Of a DNA stretch of 64,000 bases, positions 1 through 11,647 are shown in pieces. Each line of letters begins with the position of its first letter. The first letter of the stretch is position 1. The notes under the pieces are model-generated. The model was not told where the DNA came from and did no database searches. It saw nothing but the letters and a program-made list of their open reading frames with translations. Made by a program: the position numbers and the translations under genes. Source of the stretch: Cellvibrionales bacterium (GTDB lineage Bacteria > Pseudomonadota > Gammaproteobacteria > Pseudomonadales > UBA7434); the NCBI GenBank assembly GCA_041941365.1, contig JBGTQK010000001.1:190727-254726 (forward strand), read 5' to 3'.

Positions 1-311
1 CTGTATTCTTCTAACAGATAATCTTTGATATCGAACAGGGTTATCCAGGTAGCAGGGTCGTCGGTTTTATTTGCAAAGCGGGTAGTGATTTCAGAGACCA
101 GGTTATCTATATAGTCTCTGGTTTCTTGGTCAAAGCCATCAATAGGATCTTCTGCCCCTTTAGTTACAGTGTTATTTTTGTCTGTTTGTTCGGTATTTTC
201 TGTTTGTGTTGCTGAATCTATGCTTGATTTATGGAAGTGATTCTTAAAATAAACGATTAAAACGATGAATACAGCGATAACAGGGATGGATTTTAGTAGT
301 ACTTTCTTCAT
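1..311 (-). CDS. hypothetical membrane-anchored protein (3' end runs off the window)
   Basis: Absent from the supplied track because it has no stop inside the window. The reverse-strand ATG at 311-309 opens MKKVLLKSIPVIAVFIVLIVYFKNHFHKSS..., with one N-terminal hydrophobic helix followed by polar/acidic sequence. The frame stays open to base 1. No family recognised. Confidence 0.4.
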   Translation of the reverse strand, partial: MKKVLLKSIPVIAVFIVLIVYFKNHFHKSSIDSATQTENTEQTDKNNTVTKGAEDPIDGFDQETRDYIDNLVSEITTRFANKTDDPATWITLFDIKDYLLEEY

Positions 312-410
312 ATAGCTTTACTTTAAATTATTTTTTATTAAGGACCTTATACGCAAAAGCTCAGGATTTATCCTGAGCTTTCACTTATGGTACTACTAAT
401 TACTTGGAAT

Positions 411-1172
411 TTAAAGTAATGGTGCCAATCGAGGTGCAATCAAGTTCGCCAATTTACGAGAACCTGAAGCTCTAGGGTGAATACCGTCATTTTTAACATC
501 GCTGTTTCGGATAGATGAAACAGGATCGATAAACTGACAAGGGATTGGTGAGTTAGCACACGCACCACCAATAGTCGTATTACCGTATGCAACAGCTGCT
601 TTCAATCTGCTCAAGTTACCTAAAAAACCAAACTTGGTGTTGTAGTAACCCTGGTAAATGATATTTTGAATACCTGAGTTGGCATTTGCTTCCAAAATAT
701 CAGCACCAACTACAGCCAGGTTATCGATGAAGCCACGGCATTTGCTGCTTAAACTTCTTCTAAAGAAAGATGTTTTGCAGTCGTTTGGATCAAATGCAAC
801 GATTACTGGTATAAGAATGTCGTTACCACCGCCATCCATTATTAGTGTTTTGACAGCGCCATCACCTAGTGCTCGGTCTAACTGGTCCGGGATATTTCTA
901 GCTAACGAGCCGCCAATTAATTGTGCACCTGATACTGAGTAGTTACGGAATGTTGTGTTGAAGTCAGCTTCAAGAAAGTCCTGAATTTCGCCAGAAAGTG
1001 CGAATATTGAGTCGCCGATGATAACGACATCATTAGTATCTGCACTTCTTACTTCAGGCGCACTAATAAGAGAGCCAGCGCCTCCGCAGGCGACTAAACC
1101 AGAAAGTACAAGTCCACTCATTGCCAGTTTAGCAGCTGTTTTAGTATGGCTAATTAAAGATTTTAAAAACAT
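411..1172 (-). CDS. SGNH/GDSL-family hydrolase lipoprotein
   Basis: 253 aa. Signal peptide with a lipobox (LSGLVAC). The motifs VVIIGDSIF (GDS nucleophile block), DGGGNDIL and DGIHP occur in the order expected for SGNH hydrolases. Confidence 0.8.
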   Translation of the reverse strand: MFLKSLISHTKTAAKLAMSGLVLSGLVACGGAGSLISAPEVRSADTNDVVIIGDSIFALSGEIQDFLEADFNTTFRNYSVSGAQLIGGSLARNIPDQLDRALGDGAVKTLIMDGGGNDILIPVIVAFDPNDCKTSFFRRSLSSKCRGFIDNLAVVGADILEANANSGIQNIIYQGYYNTKFGFLGNLSRLKAAVAYGNTTIGGACANSPIPCQFIDPVSSIRNSDVKNDGIHPRASGSRKLANLIAPRLAPLL

Positions 1173-2173
1173 GATTGATTCTCCAAATGTAATTATTGCT
1201 TGTTGCTTAGATTAGGTTTTGTTTATTAAGTTTTTTATTAAGAAGATTAATATCGTTAGGTTCGTATCACTTTATTATTTATGATTAAAAAAACTAACTA
1301 TATCTCTCTGTTTGGCGTTAAACGTATTCAATTTTTAAAATTGTTACAATATCGTTAAGCCAGTAACTTATGCTATGAGATGACAACTCTTTGGTCAACG
1401 AGAATACTATTAAGCTTTATTCATTAATTGTCCCTTATTAGTTGGCTTTAATCATGCAGATTTTGCTGGTTAGTCTTTTTTATTAATACCTTTTCATCAT
1501 AAAAGTTTTAGTGGCTGATTTTCTGTTAATATTTTTTGATTAAAGGGTTGCCAGGGTAGAAAGAACAGACATTTCATTAATTCTAATTAACTTATTGCAG
1601 CTTATTTTTTTGTTAAAAGGTAAAAAACGTTGAGAGTGTTAGTATATATAATACTTATCTAATTAAAATTTAATAAAACGTTAGATTGGTGTTTTTTTGA
1701 GTAAAAGGGTTTTTTGCTGGTTTTAAAAAAAAGGGTTTAATCTGGTCATTTGATGTAGGGTTATTTTCTGACTTAAGCGTCAGTGATAAGGGATTTGTGA
1801 CTGTTAATGGTGATGCTGCCACTATAAGTATAAATGCTTACGCGCCTTTGCAGATTTGTAACCCCGATTAACACCCCTTAAGGGTTAATTTCACAGAGTA
1901 GGAAAAGCTAATCAATTGTTCTGACTTACTATTTATGCGAGTGTAAAATGTTTTATTAAAGTATTTAATTATATAGTTATCGTAAATTATTGTTATAGAA
2001 AGACATATTGGGTTATTTTTAATAATAAAGAAGCGAATTGTTAAAATGGTTATGAGTGAAAAACCAGGATTAACAGATTAAATGCAATTTTTATCTGTTT
2101 TCTTGATATTGGAAGAATGTTTTTTAGTCTAAAGCACTACTTATAGATAAAATTTTGTTTATTAACACAATAT

Positions 2174-2207
2174 CTTGCAATAAGATTGTCATCTTTCTTA
2201 TTGCAAG
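2174..2207. repeat. perfect 12-bp inverted repeat CTTGCAATAAGA-N10-TCTTATTGCAAG, about 200 bp upstream of smc
   Basis: Read directly. Arms 2174-2185 and 2196-2207 are exact reverse complements. No T-run follows, so this is more likely an operator or RNA hairpin than a terminator. Confidence 0.6.
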
Positions 2208-2401
2208 GCATCATATGCTTACTTCTCAAGAGGAATTTACTGGTTAGTTTTTTAGCTCAATTTGAGTGAGTTTTGAGCAATCATTCGATTGTATTTGGTT
2301 TTATTGAAATGATTATGGTAAGTGGTGTTAACAGCTGCAAAACCAGAATTTTTTTCTTAAAAAAGTAATGTCTACATATAAAAGAGATCTAAAAAAGAGA
2401 A

Positions 2402-5400
2402 ATGCGTTTAAAAAGTATTAAGCTTGCAGGTTTTAAATCCTTTGTTGACCCTACAACTGTTCAGTTCAAAAGTAATATGGCTGCAGTGGTAGGTCCTAAT
2501 GGTTGTGGTAAATCCAATATTATTGATGCTGTACGTTGGGTGATGGGTGAATCCTCAGCTAAAAACCTGCGCGGAGAGTCGATGTCAGATGTTATTTTTA
2601 ATGGCTCAACGGCACGTAAACCAGTTGGTCAGGCATCTATTGAATTGGTATTTGAAAATAATGAAGGCAAATTGAAAGGCGAGTACGGTGCTTTTAATGA
2701 GATTTCTATCAAGCGAAAAGTGACGCGAGATGGTCAGTCCCAGTATTTTATCAATAACGTTAAATCTCGTCGTCGCGATATAACCGATATCTTTTTAGGT
2801 ACCGGGCTAGGCCCGAGGAGTTACGCGATCATAGAACAGGGAATGATTTCTCGATTGATAGAATCCAAGCCCGAGGAGCTTCGCGTTTTTGTTGAAGAGG
2901 CGGCGGGTATATCAAAATACAAGGAACGTCGTAAAGAAACCGAAACCCGTATTCGACACTCTCGTGAAAACCTTGAACGTTTGACTGACTTAAGAGAAGA
3001 GTTAGAAAGACAGCTACAAAAATTGAAGCGACAATCGGCTGCTGCCGAGAAATATAAAGAGTACAAAGCTGAAGAAAGTGAATTAAAAGCGCAAACCCTA
3101 GCGCTACATTGGCAGAGCCTTAGAGAAAAGTCCCAGGGCCAGCGCGATAATATTGCTAAATTGGAAATTGATTTTGAGGCCTCCGTTGCAAAGCAGCGTG
3201 CGATTGAAGCTGAAATAGAAACACTTCGCGAGGCACAAACCGTATCCAAAGAAGAATTGAATAAAGTCCAGGCAGAGTTTTACGGTCTGGGTGGAGAAAT
3301 CGGTCAGTTAGAGCAAAAGCTGGATTATTGTGAGCAAAGAGCTAAGGAATTACAGCAGGATTTTGAAGACACGGAGTTGCAAGCAGCCGAAGCAAACCAA
3401 CATTTAACTGATGATCAAAAAAAGCTGGGTAGCTGGAAAGAGGAGTTAGAAACTATTTTACCTCAGCATGAGGCATTGGCCACTACAGAAGCTGAGTCGA
3501 GCCAGGCATTACAAACAGCCGAGCAGAATATGCAAGACTGGCAGCAGCGATGGGATACTTTTAATGAAAAGGCCAATGAGCCTCAAAAGAATGCTGAAAT
3601 TCAGCGTAATCGCATTGATCAGGTAGAAGAAACTCTGAAGAATCTGGTAAACCGAACGACAGAATTACTGAGGGAAAAAACAGAACTGGACGATCAGGAT
3701 TTTACCAATCAGCTGGAATCACAGCGTGAACAGCTGGCTGTTTTTTCTGGAGAAGCGACCGAAGTTGCAGAAATGATTGCATCAGCTACAGATTCATTGC
3801 AGTTAACTCGGCAGAAACAAAAAGAGGTAGAGCAAGATCTAAATCAACTGCGCAGTGAGCTTCAACAAATGTACGGAAAAGCAGCTTCGTTAGATGCTCT
3901 GCAAAAAGCTGCTCAATCTGATACGGGTGATGAAATAAATGAGTTTTTGTCTCGAAATAACCTAAACAATAAGCCGCGTTTGCTCGATCAGATAAAAGTG
4001 ACATCAGGCTGGGACGTAGCTGTAGAGACAGTGTTAGGTGATAGCTTGCAGGCAGTGATGGCTGATTCACTATCGGGACTTGAGCAAGTTGTGAATAATA
4101 TCCAGAGCAGTAACCTGTTGCTCATCGAAAATACGGATGTCGTAAAATCCAGCCAACAGGCAACATCGATTACATTACCTCGACTGAGCGATAAAATACA
4201 GTTAAAGCATGCTGGAAATTTTTCTTTGTTGGAAAATATTTATGCAGCAGATACGCTGTCTGAGGCGGCATCTCAACGTAGTGACTTGGCTTCTAATGAA
4301 TCGATAGTAACTAAAGAGGGTATCTGGTTAGGGGTGGATTGGATTAGAGTATATAGAGGCCAGGAAGGAACAGGGGTCATTGATAGGCAAGAGCAAATAG
4401 AAACCTTAGCTACTGAGATACAGCAGAAAGAGCAACAAGTCGAACAGTTAGAAACGGTTTTGTTAAATGCAGAATCTGTCGTTGCTGAAGCAGAGCAGTC
4501 GAAAGACCAGGCCATGCAGAAAAAGTCTGAAGTAGATAGCCAGTTTGCTTCAATGCAATCTGAAGTAAGAAGTCTTGAAAATACGATAGAACAAGTTAAC
4601 AAGCGTCAGCGACGTATTCAGGATGAATTGCAGCAATCTGAAAATAATCAGGCAGTTTATAAAGAAACACTTGCAGAAGCACGTGTATTACTGGAAGAAG
4701 CGATAGAGTCCATGCATAACGTAGAGGAAGAGCGTGAAAGCATGATGCTACAGCGCGACAAACTACGCGACGTATTAACCATCACACGTGAATCAGCAAA
4801 GACAGACAGAGAGGCTTATCAGGCTGTTGCTGTAAGAGCAGAAGGTTTAAAAGCACAAATAGAATCCGTAACTAGCACTGTGTCTCGTTTAGAAAAACAG
4901 GTTGAGTTATTGTCAGCGAAAAAAGAAACGTTACAGCAATCTTTACAGGAAAATAACGAGCCTGTTGAGGGTTTAAAAGCAACACTGGTAGAACAGTTAG
5001 AGGCGCGAGTTCAGGTTGAAGCATCGCTTACGGCATCAAGAGAAAAAGTAGAAGCCGAAGATCAAAAAATGCGAGCATTTGAGCAACAACGAAGCGAGCA
5101 GGAGCAATCTAATCAGGTTGTACGAGGTGCGCTGGAAAAAGCGCGTATCGAAAGCCAGGAAATGCAGGTAAGAACCAAAACAATAGAAGAACAGTTAGAG
5201 GAGTCAGGTCATGAGCTTCAGCAAGTCATTGAAAACTTGCCAGAAGAAGCAGAATTACAAGCCTGGCAAACGTCGTTAGACGAACTGGTCAAGCGTATTG
5301 AGCGTTTAGGTGCGATTAACCTGGCAGCCATTGAAGAATATCAAACCGAGCTTGAGCGTAAAAAATACCTGGATGCACAAAACGACGAGCTGGAATCAGC

Positions 5401-5920
5401 ATTGGCAACATTGGAAAGTGCAATTCATAAAATTGATAAGGAAACCCGAAACTTGTTCAAAGAAACGTTTGATAAGCTCAATGACAGTTTGCAGGAATTG
5501 TTTCCAAAAGTGTTCGGTGGTGGTGCAGCTAACCTGGAAATGACAGGTGATGACTTATTGAGTACAGGGATTACGATAATGGCTAGACCACCTGGTAAAA
5601 AGAATAGTACGATTCACTTATTATCAGGTGGTGAGAAAGCATTAACTGCAATAGCGCTTGTATTTTCTATTTTCCAGTTGAATCCTGCACCATTTTGTAT
5701 GCTGGATGAGGTCGATGCACCACTGGATGACGCCAATACAATGCGTTATGCAAGAATGATTAGTGAAATGTCGAGTAAGGTACAGTTTATCTTTATTACT
5801 CACAATAAAATTACCATGGAAATGGCCGATCATTTAATGGGCGTTACCATGCATGAGCCAGGCTGTTCACGCTTGGTGAGTGTCGATATAGATGAAGCAG
5901 TGGCTATGGCTACAGCGTGA
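2402..5920 (+). CDS. smc: chromosome segregation protein SMC
   Basis: 1172 aa. N-terminal Walker A (GPNGCGKSN), very long heptad-rich coiled coils with a central hinge, and a C-terminal ABC signature (LSGGEKALTA) plus Walker B (CMLDEVDAPLD). It is followed by zipA-ligA, the classic gammaproteobacterial order. Confidence 0.97.
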   Translation: MRLKSIKLAGFKSFVDPTTVQFKSNMAAVVGPNGCGKSNIIDAVRWVMGESSAKNLRGESMSDVIFNGSTARKPVGQASIELVFENNEGKLKGEYGAFNEISIKRKVTRDGQSQYFINNVKSRRRDITDIFLGTGLGPRSYAIIEQGMISRLIESKPEELRVFVEEAAGISKYKERRKETETRIRHSRENLERLTDLREELERQLQKLKRQSAAAEKYKEYKAEESELKAQTLALHWQSLREKSQGQRDNIAKLEIDFEASVAKQRAIEAEIETLREAQTVSKEELNKVQAEFYGLGGEIGQLEQKLDYCEQRAKELQQDFEDTELQAAEANQHLTDDQKKLGSWKEELETILPQHEALATTEAESSQALQTAEQNMQDWQQRWDTFNEKANEPQKNAEIQRNRIDQVEETLKNLVNRTTELLREKTELDDQDFTNQLESQREQLAVFSGEATEVAEMIASATDSLQLTRQKQKEVEQDLNQLRSELQQMYGKAASLDALQKAAQSDTGDEINEFLSRNNLNNKPRLLDQIKVTSGWDVAVETVLGDSLQAVMADSLSGLEQVVNNIQSSNLLLIENTDVVKSSQQATSITLPRLSDKIQLKHAGNFSLLENIYAADTLSEAASQRSDLASNESIVTKEGIWLGVDWIRVYRGQEGTGVIDRQEQIETLATEIQQKEQQVEQLETVLLNAESVVAEAEQSKDQAMQKKSEVDSQFASMQSEVRSLENTIEQVNKRQRRIQDELQQSENNQAVYKETLAEARVLLEEAIESMHNVEEERESMMLQRDKLRDVLTITRESAKTDREAYQAVAVRAEGLKAQIESVTSTVSRLEKQVELLSAKKETLQQSLQENNEPVEGLKATLVEQLEARVQVEASLTASREKVEAEDQKMRAFEQQRSEQEQSNQVVRGALEKARIESQEMQVRTKTIEEQLEESGHELQQVIENLPEEAELQAWQTSLDELVKRIERLGAINLAAIEEYQTELERKKYLDAQNDELESALATLESAIHKIDKETRNLFKETFDKLNDSLQELFPKVFGGGAANLEMTGDDLLSTGITIMARPPGKKNSTIHLLSGGEKALTAIALVFSIFQLNPAPFCMLDEVDAPLDDANTMRYARMISEMSSKVQFIFITHNKITMEMADHLMGVTMHEPGCSRLVSVDIDEAVAMATA

Positions 5921-5958
5921 TAAAGGCTATAGCGTGATTAATGGCTAGAGCGTATAAA
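5906..5958 (+). repeat. three tandem imperfect copies of a 17-18-bp unit spanning the smc stop codon
   Basis: Copies are ATGGCTACAGCGTGATAA (5906-5923), AGGCTATAGCGTGATTA (5924-5940) and ATGGCTAGAGCGTATAAA (5941-5958). The first copy encodes the last SMC residues (MATA) plus the TGA stop. Confidence 0.7.
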
Positions 5959-6043
5959 ACTGTAGTAACAAATTCAGCAGCTGCACGAAGTTTGGCTTGT
6001 AATATCAACCCCTGGAACGTTTTTGGGATTTGAGGTATATAAC

Positions 6044-6829
6044 ATGCAATGGTTTACAGAATTCAGTATGCGCGAATGGCTAATCGTTTGTGGCATTGCT
6101 CTCGTGCTGATTGTATTGATTGATGGTTTTCGGAGAATGTACACCGAACGTAAATCCAAAATTAAAATGTCAGCAATGATGGGTGGTGGTTTTCCCGAAG
6201 GCGATATTGAAGAGTTTGGAACTGAGCTGCCAAATGGTGGTGGTAGAGTTGTCAGTAGAGAGAATTTACAAAAGCAAGTACCAGATTCCTCAAGAACCTC
6301 TCATTCCGGGTTTGCTCGTTCAAGTAGCTCTTCTTTTGAACAAGATCCTTTAAGTGATGGCTTATTAGAACCGTCAGAAGAGTCTGCAACCAATTTTGAG
6401 GCATTACTTAGTCCGGAGCTGATTATTTTTCATGTGAAATCCAATGATGAAAAAGGATTTCAGGGGAAAGATTTGCTAGAAGTGTTGCTGGCTTGTGATT
6501 TGCGTTATGGTGACAAAGATATATTGCATCGCCATGAAAAAGCCGGTGGAATGGGAAGTTTGCAATTCAGTGTTGCGAATATGGTGGAACCAGGAATTTT
6601 TAAACTGGAAGAAATAGCCAGTTTCACGACACCAGGAGTTACTTTTTTCATGATGTTGCCAGGGCCGGATGATCCGGTACAGGCGTTTGAATGTATGATT
6701 GAGACAGCAAATTGCCTGGTAAAAAACCTTAATGCAACCCTATATGATGAGTCACATAAAGTAGTCACTCCTTCTTGTATTGCAAACTACAAGAAACGAG
6801 TGAACAGAGCAGTTTCCGCGACAGTTTAA
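6044..6829 (+). CDS. zipA: cell division protein ZipA
   Basis: The N-terminal single TM begins at MQWFTEFSMREWLIVCGIALVLIVLIDGFRR, so I prefer ATG 6044 over the track start 6023. A charged/Ser-rich linker follows. The C-terminal FtsZ-binding-type domain includes IIFHV...FQGKDLLEVLL...LQFSVANMVEPGIF...TPGVTFFMMLP. Sits in smc-zipA-ligA synteny. Confidence 0.85.
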   Translation: MQWFTEFSMREWLIVCGIALVLIVLIDGFRRMYTERKSKIKMSAMMGGGFPEGDIEEFGTELPNGGGRVVSRENLQKQVPDSSRTSHSGFARSSSSSFEQDPLSDGLLEPSEESATNFEALLSPELIIFHVKSNDEKGFQGKDLLEVLLACDLRYGDKDILHRHEKAGGMGSLQFSVANMVEPGIFKLEEIASFTTPGVTFFMMLPGPDDPVQAFECMIETANCLVKNLNATLYDESHKVVTPSCIANYKKRVNRAVSATV

Positions 6830-9103
<2,274 letters not shown>

Positions 9104-9266
9104 CGTATTTTTTAACGAGAATACTTCAGACAAAACAAATATTTGTAAAGTGTTTGTCTTATCATGTTTAATCTTATTGTGAAGCGCTATAATTTGCCAG
9201 GTTAGCTTATTTGAATGGGCAAAATCTTATTAGCAACGTGGTTGCCTAAAAGCGGGAGAAAATTTT

Positions 9267-10001
9267 GTGAGTAAAAATGATAATCGCGCAGAGCGTGTAA
9301 GCCCTAAAATAGGCAACGAATCGTTTAATGATATTGCTGGTCTGAGGGCAGAACGTACCGATGCCAACCATAGGCAAACAAAATCACGAGAAAAAACAAC
9401 GGGCGGAGGATCTGGTTTATTCACAATGATTACATTTGTGATTGCTATTGCCGCTGTTGGAGCGGCCTATTTTCTATGGGAACAGTACCAGCAAAGTTTG
9501 TACTTGATAAACGAAGCTGATAAACGAATTGCCAATCTGGAAGCTCAGTTACAAAGTACAGGTGATGAATTAAATCAATCCGATGCAGCAGTGAGAATTC
9601 AATTAAAAGAACTGGACTCTGAAGTACGTAAACTTTGGGATGCTCGTAAAAAGAGTAACCAACAGTTGAGTAGTAATTCGACTAACTTAAAAAAAGTTGT
9701 TGGTCAGGCAGCCGTACTGGATAAAAACCTTAAGCCTTTGGCTTCACAAGTAACGGCTCTTTCAGCAGAGCTGGATGATATTATCGATACATTCGAACGC
9801 CTTGATATTGAAAACCAGACTAAAAAACTGGATGAGGCAAGGAAACGTTTGTCATCTCTTCAGGTTTCTTTTGGCGATATTCAAAAACGGGTAAAAGAAA
9901 ATGAAGAATGGTTAGAATCTATCAATGCATTTCGCAGGCAGGTGAATGATAGATTGAACAAAATTCAAAATCCTTCAGCCGTACAACCTGTACTACAATA
10001 G
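9267..10001 (+). CDS. hypothetical single-pass membrane protein with a long coiled coil
   Basis: 244 aa with a GTG start. Basic N-terminus, one TM (MITFVIAIAAVGAAYFLW), then about 170 aa of heptad-like, Q/E/K/L-rich sequence. No family recognised. Confidence 0.6.
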   Translation: MSKNDNRAERVSPKIGNESFNDIAGLRAERTDANHRQTKSREKTTGGGSGLFTMITFVIAIAAVGAAYFLWEQYQQSLYLINEADKRIANLEAQLQSTGDELNQSDAAVRIQLKELDSEVRKLWDARKKSNQQLSSNSTNLKKVVGQAAVLDKNLKPLASQVTALSAELDDIIDTFERLDIENQTKKLDEARKRLSSLQVSFGDIQKRVKENEEWLESINAFRRQVNDRLNKIQNPSAVQPVLQ

Positions 10002-10058
10002 TACAGTCGTTTGTTATGACGTTTACATTAATGAAATCTATTCCATCGAGACGAAAGC

Positions 10059-11582
10059 ATGACTCCAATTAAACAGCAGGACTTAATACAAAGTGTTGCC
10101 GATGCATTACAGTATATATCCTATTATCATCCGCTCGATTTTATCAAGGCAATTCATCAGGCTTATGAGAAAGAAGAATCCAAGGCGGCAAAAGATGCAC
10201 TTGCGCAGATACTAATAAATTCGCGTATGTGCGCGATGGGAAAACGCCCCATTTGTCAGGATACAGGTATTGTTACTGTAATAATAAAAGTTGGCATGAA
10301 TGTGCAATGGGTAGATGCCACGATGAGTATCAGTGATATGATAAATGAAGGTGTTAGACAAGCCTACAAACTACCCGATAACATATTGCGTGCATCAATT
10401 CTGGCTGACCCTGATGGCAAGCGTCAGAATACAAAAGATAATACTCCGGCGGTAATTCACTACGAAGTCGTGCCAGGCGACACAGTTGATGTGCATGTAG
10501 CGGCCAAGGGTGGTGGCTCAGAAGCTAAATCCAAGTTTGCGATGTTAAATCCATCTGACTCAGTTGTTGATTGGGTGTTAGAGCAAGTGCCTAAAATGGG
10601 GGCAGGCTGGTGTCCACCTGGTATGTTAGGTATAGGAATCGGTGGCACTGCCGAAAAAGCCATGTTGTTAGCTAAAGAAGTATTAATGGAGCCCATCGAC
10701 ATTCAGGAGTTACAAGCGCGTGGTGCATCAAATCGTGCTGAAGAATTGCGTTTGGAATTATTTGAAAAAGTGAACCAATTAGGCATTGGCGCACAGGGTT
10801 TGGGAGGGCTAACAACTGTTGTCGATATAAAAGTTGCTGATTATCCTTCGCATGCAGCAAATAAAGCTGTTGCAATTATTCCCAATTGTGCTGCAACAAG
10901 GCATGCACATTTTGTATTAAAAGGTGAGGGCGCTGCTGCATTGACACCGCCAGAATTGTCCGAGTGGCCAGAGATAAGTTGGGAAGTAGGTGATGATGTA
11001 AGACGTGTTAATCTGGATACTGTAACAGCTGAGGATGTGACTTTATGGAAACCAGGTGAAACATTATTGCTCTCGGGGAAAATGTTGACAGGTCGCGATG
11101 CAGCCCATAAAAAGCTGGTTGATTTAATTGCCAATGAAAAATCTATTCCGGTTGATCTAACAGGGCGTTTTATTTACTACGTAGGCCCCGTCGATCCGGT
11201 AAGAGATGAAGTTGTAGGGCCAGCTGGACCAACGACTGCAACTCGAATGGATAAATTTACTCGTACTATACTAGAGCAGACAGGATTGCTCGGCATGATT
11301 GGAAAAGCCGAGCGCGGCCCAGCAGCGATAGAGGCCATAAAAGATAATAAATCTGTATACCTGATGGCAGTAGGTGGTGCAGCATATCTGGTTGCTCAAG
11401 CTATAAAGAGCGCAAAAGTTGTAGCGTTTGAAGAGCTTGGGATGGAGGCTATTTATGAGTTTGAGCTTAATGAAATGCCGGTAACAGTTGCTGTTGATAG
11501 CAACGGTGAATCAGTACACCAGACAGGGCCGGCTATATGGAAAGCTAAAATAGAAGAACAGGCATTAAAGGTCGGTTCTTAA
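10059..11582 (+). CDS. fumA: class I (Fe-S dependent) fumarate hydratase
   Basis: 507 aa single-chain class I fumarase/tartrate dehydratase fold. Motifs include PICQDTGI, AAKGGGSE, NCAATRH and a C-terminal beta-type domain (GRDAAHKKL...GPTTATRMD...GKAERG). Confidence 0.9.
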   Translation: MTPIKQQDLIQSVADALQYISYYHPLDFIKAIHQAYEKEESKAAKDALAQILINSRMCAMGKRPICQDTGIVTVIIKVGMNVQWVDATMSISDMINEGVRQAYKLPDNILRASILADPDGKRQNTKDNTPAVIHYEVVPGDTVDVHVAAKGGGSEAKSKFAMLNPSDSVVDWVLEQVPKMGAGWCPPGMLGIGIGGTAEKAMLLAKEVLMEPIDIQELQARGASNRAEELRLELFEKVNQLGIGAQGLGGLTTVVDIKVADYPSHAANKAVAIIPNCAATRHAHFVLKGEGAAALTPPELSEWPEISWEVGDDVRRVNLDTVTAEDVTLWKPGETLLLSGKMLTGRDAAHKKLVDLIANEKSIPVDLTGRFIYYVGPVDPVRDEVVGPAGPTTATRMDKFTRTILEQTGLLGMIGKAERGPAAIEAIKDNKSVYLMAVGGAAYLVAQAIKSAKVVAFEELGMEAIYEFELNEMPVTVAVDSNGESVHQTGPAIWKAKIEEQALKVGS

Positions 11583-11647
11583 TACTAATTTTCGAGTAAT
11601 CGATATAAAGACAAGTTTTATAATTGCAGTAGCTTGGGAGTAACTTT

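Noticed and set aside
1173-2401. Replication origin (oriC) in the 1.2-kb AT-rich spacer
   Set aside because: I found no TTATCCACA/TGTGGATAA-type DnaA boxes and only one GATC (2385-2388). No dnaA, dnaN, gidA or mioC genes lie nearby.
2821-3249. Long antisense ORFs in the track. Examples: 2821-3249, 3786-4070, 4273-4602, 8761-9060, 10841-11134, 19211-19522, 29957-30313, 33788-34096, 38862-39182 and 60106-60474.
   Set aside because: Each lies entirely inside, and opposite to, a gene with unmistakable conserved motifs (smc, ligA, fumarase, leuC, dedD, metZ, KAS III, cysS). Their translations are Ser/Cys/Leu-rich shadow-frame sequence with no recognisable motif and no Shine-Dalgarno.
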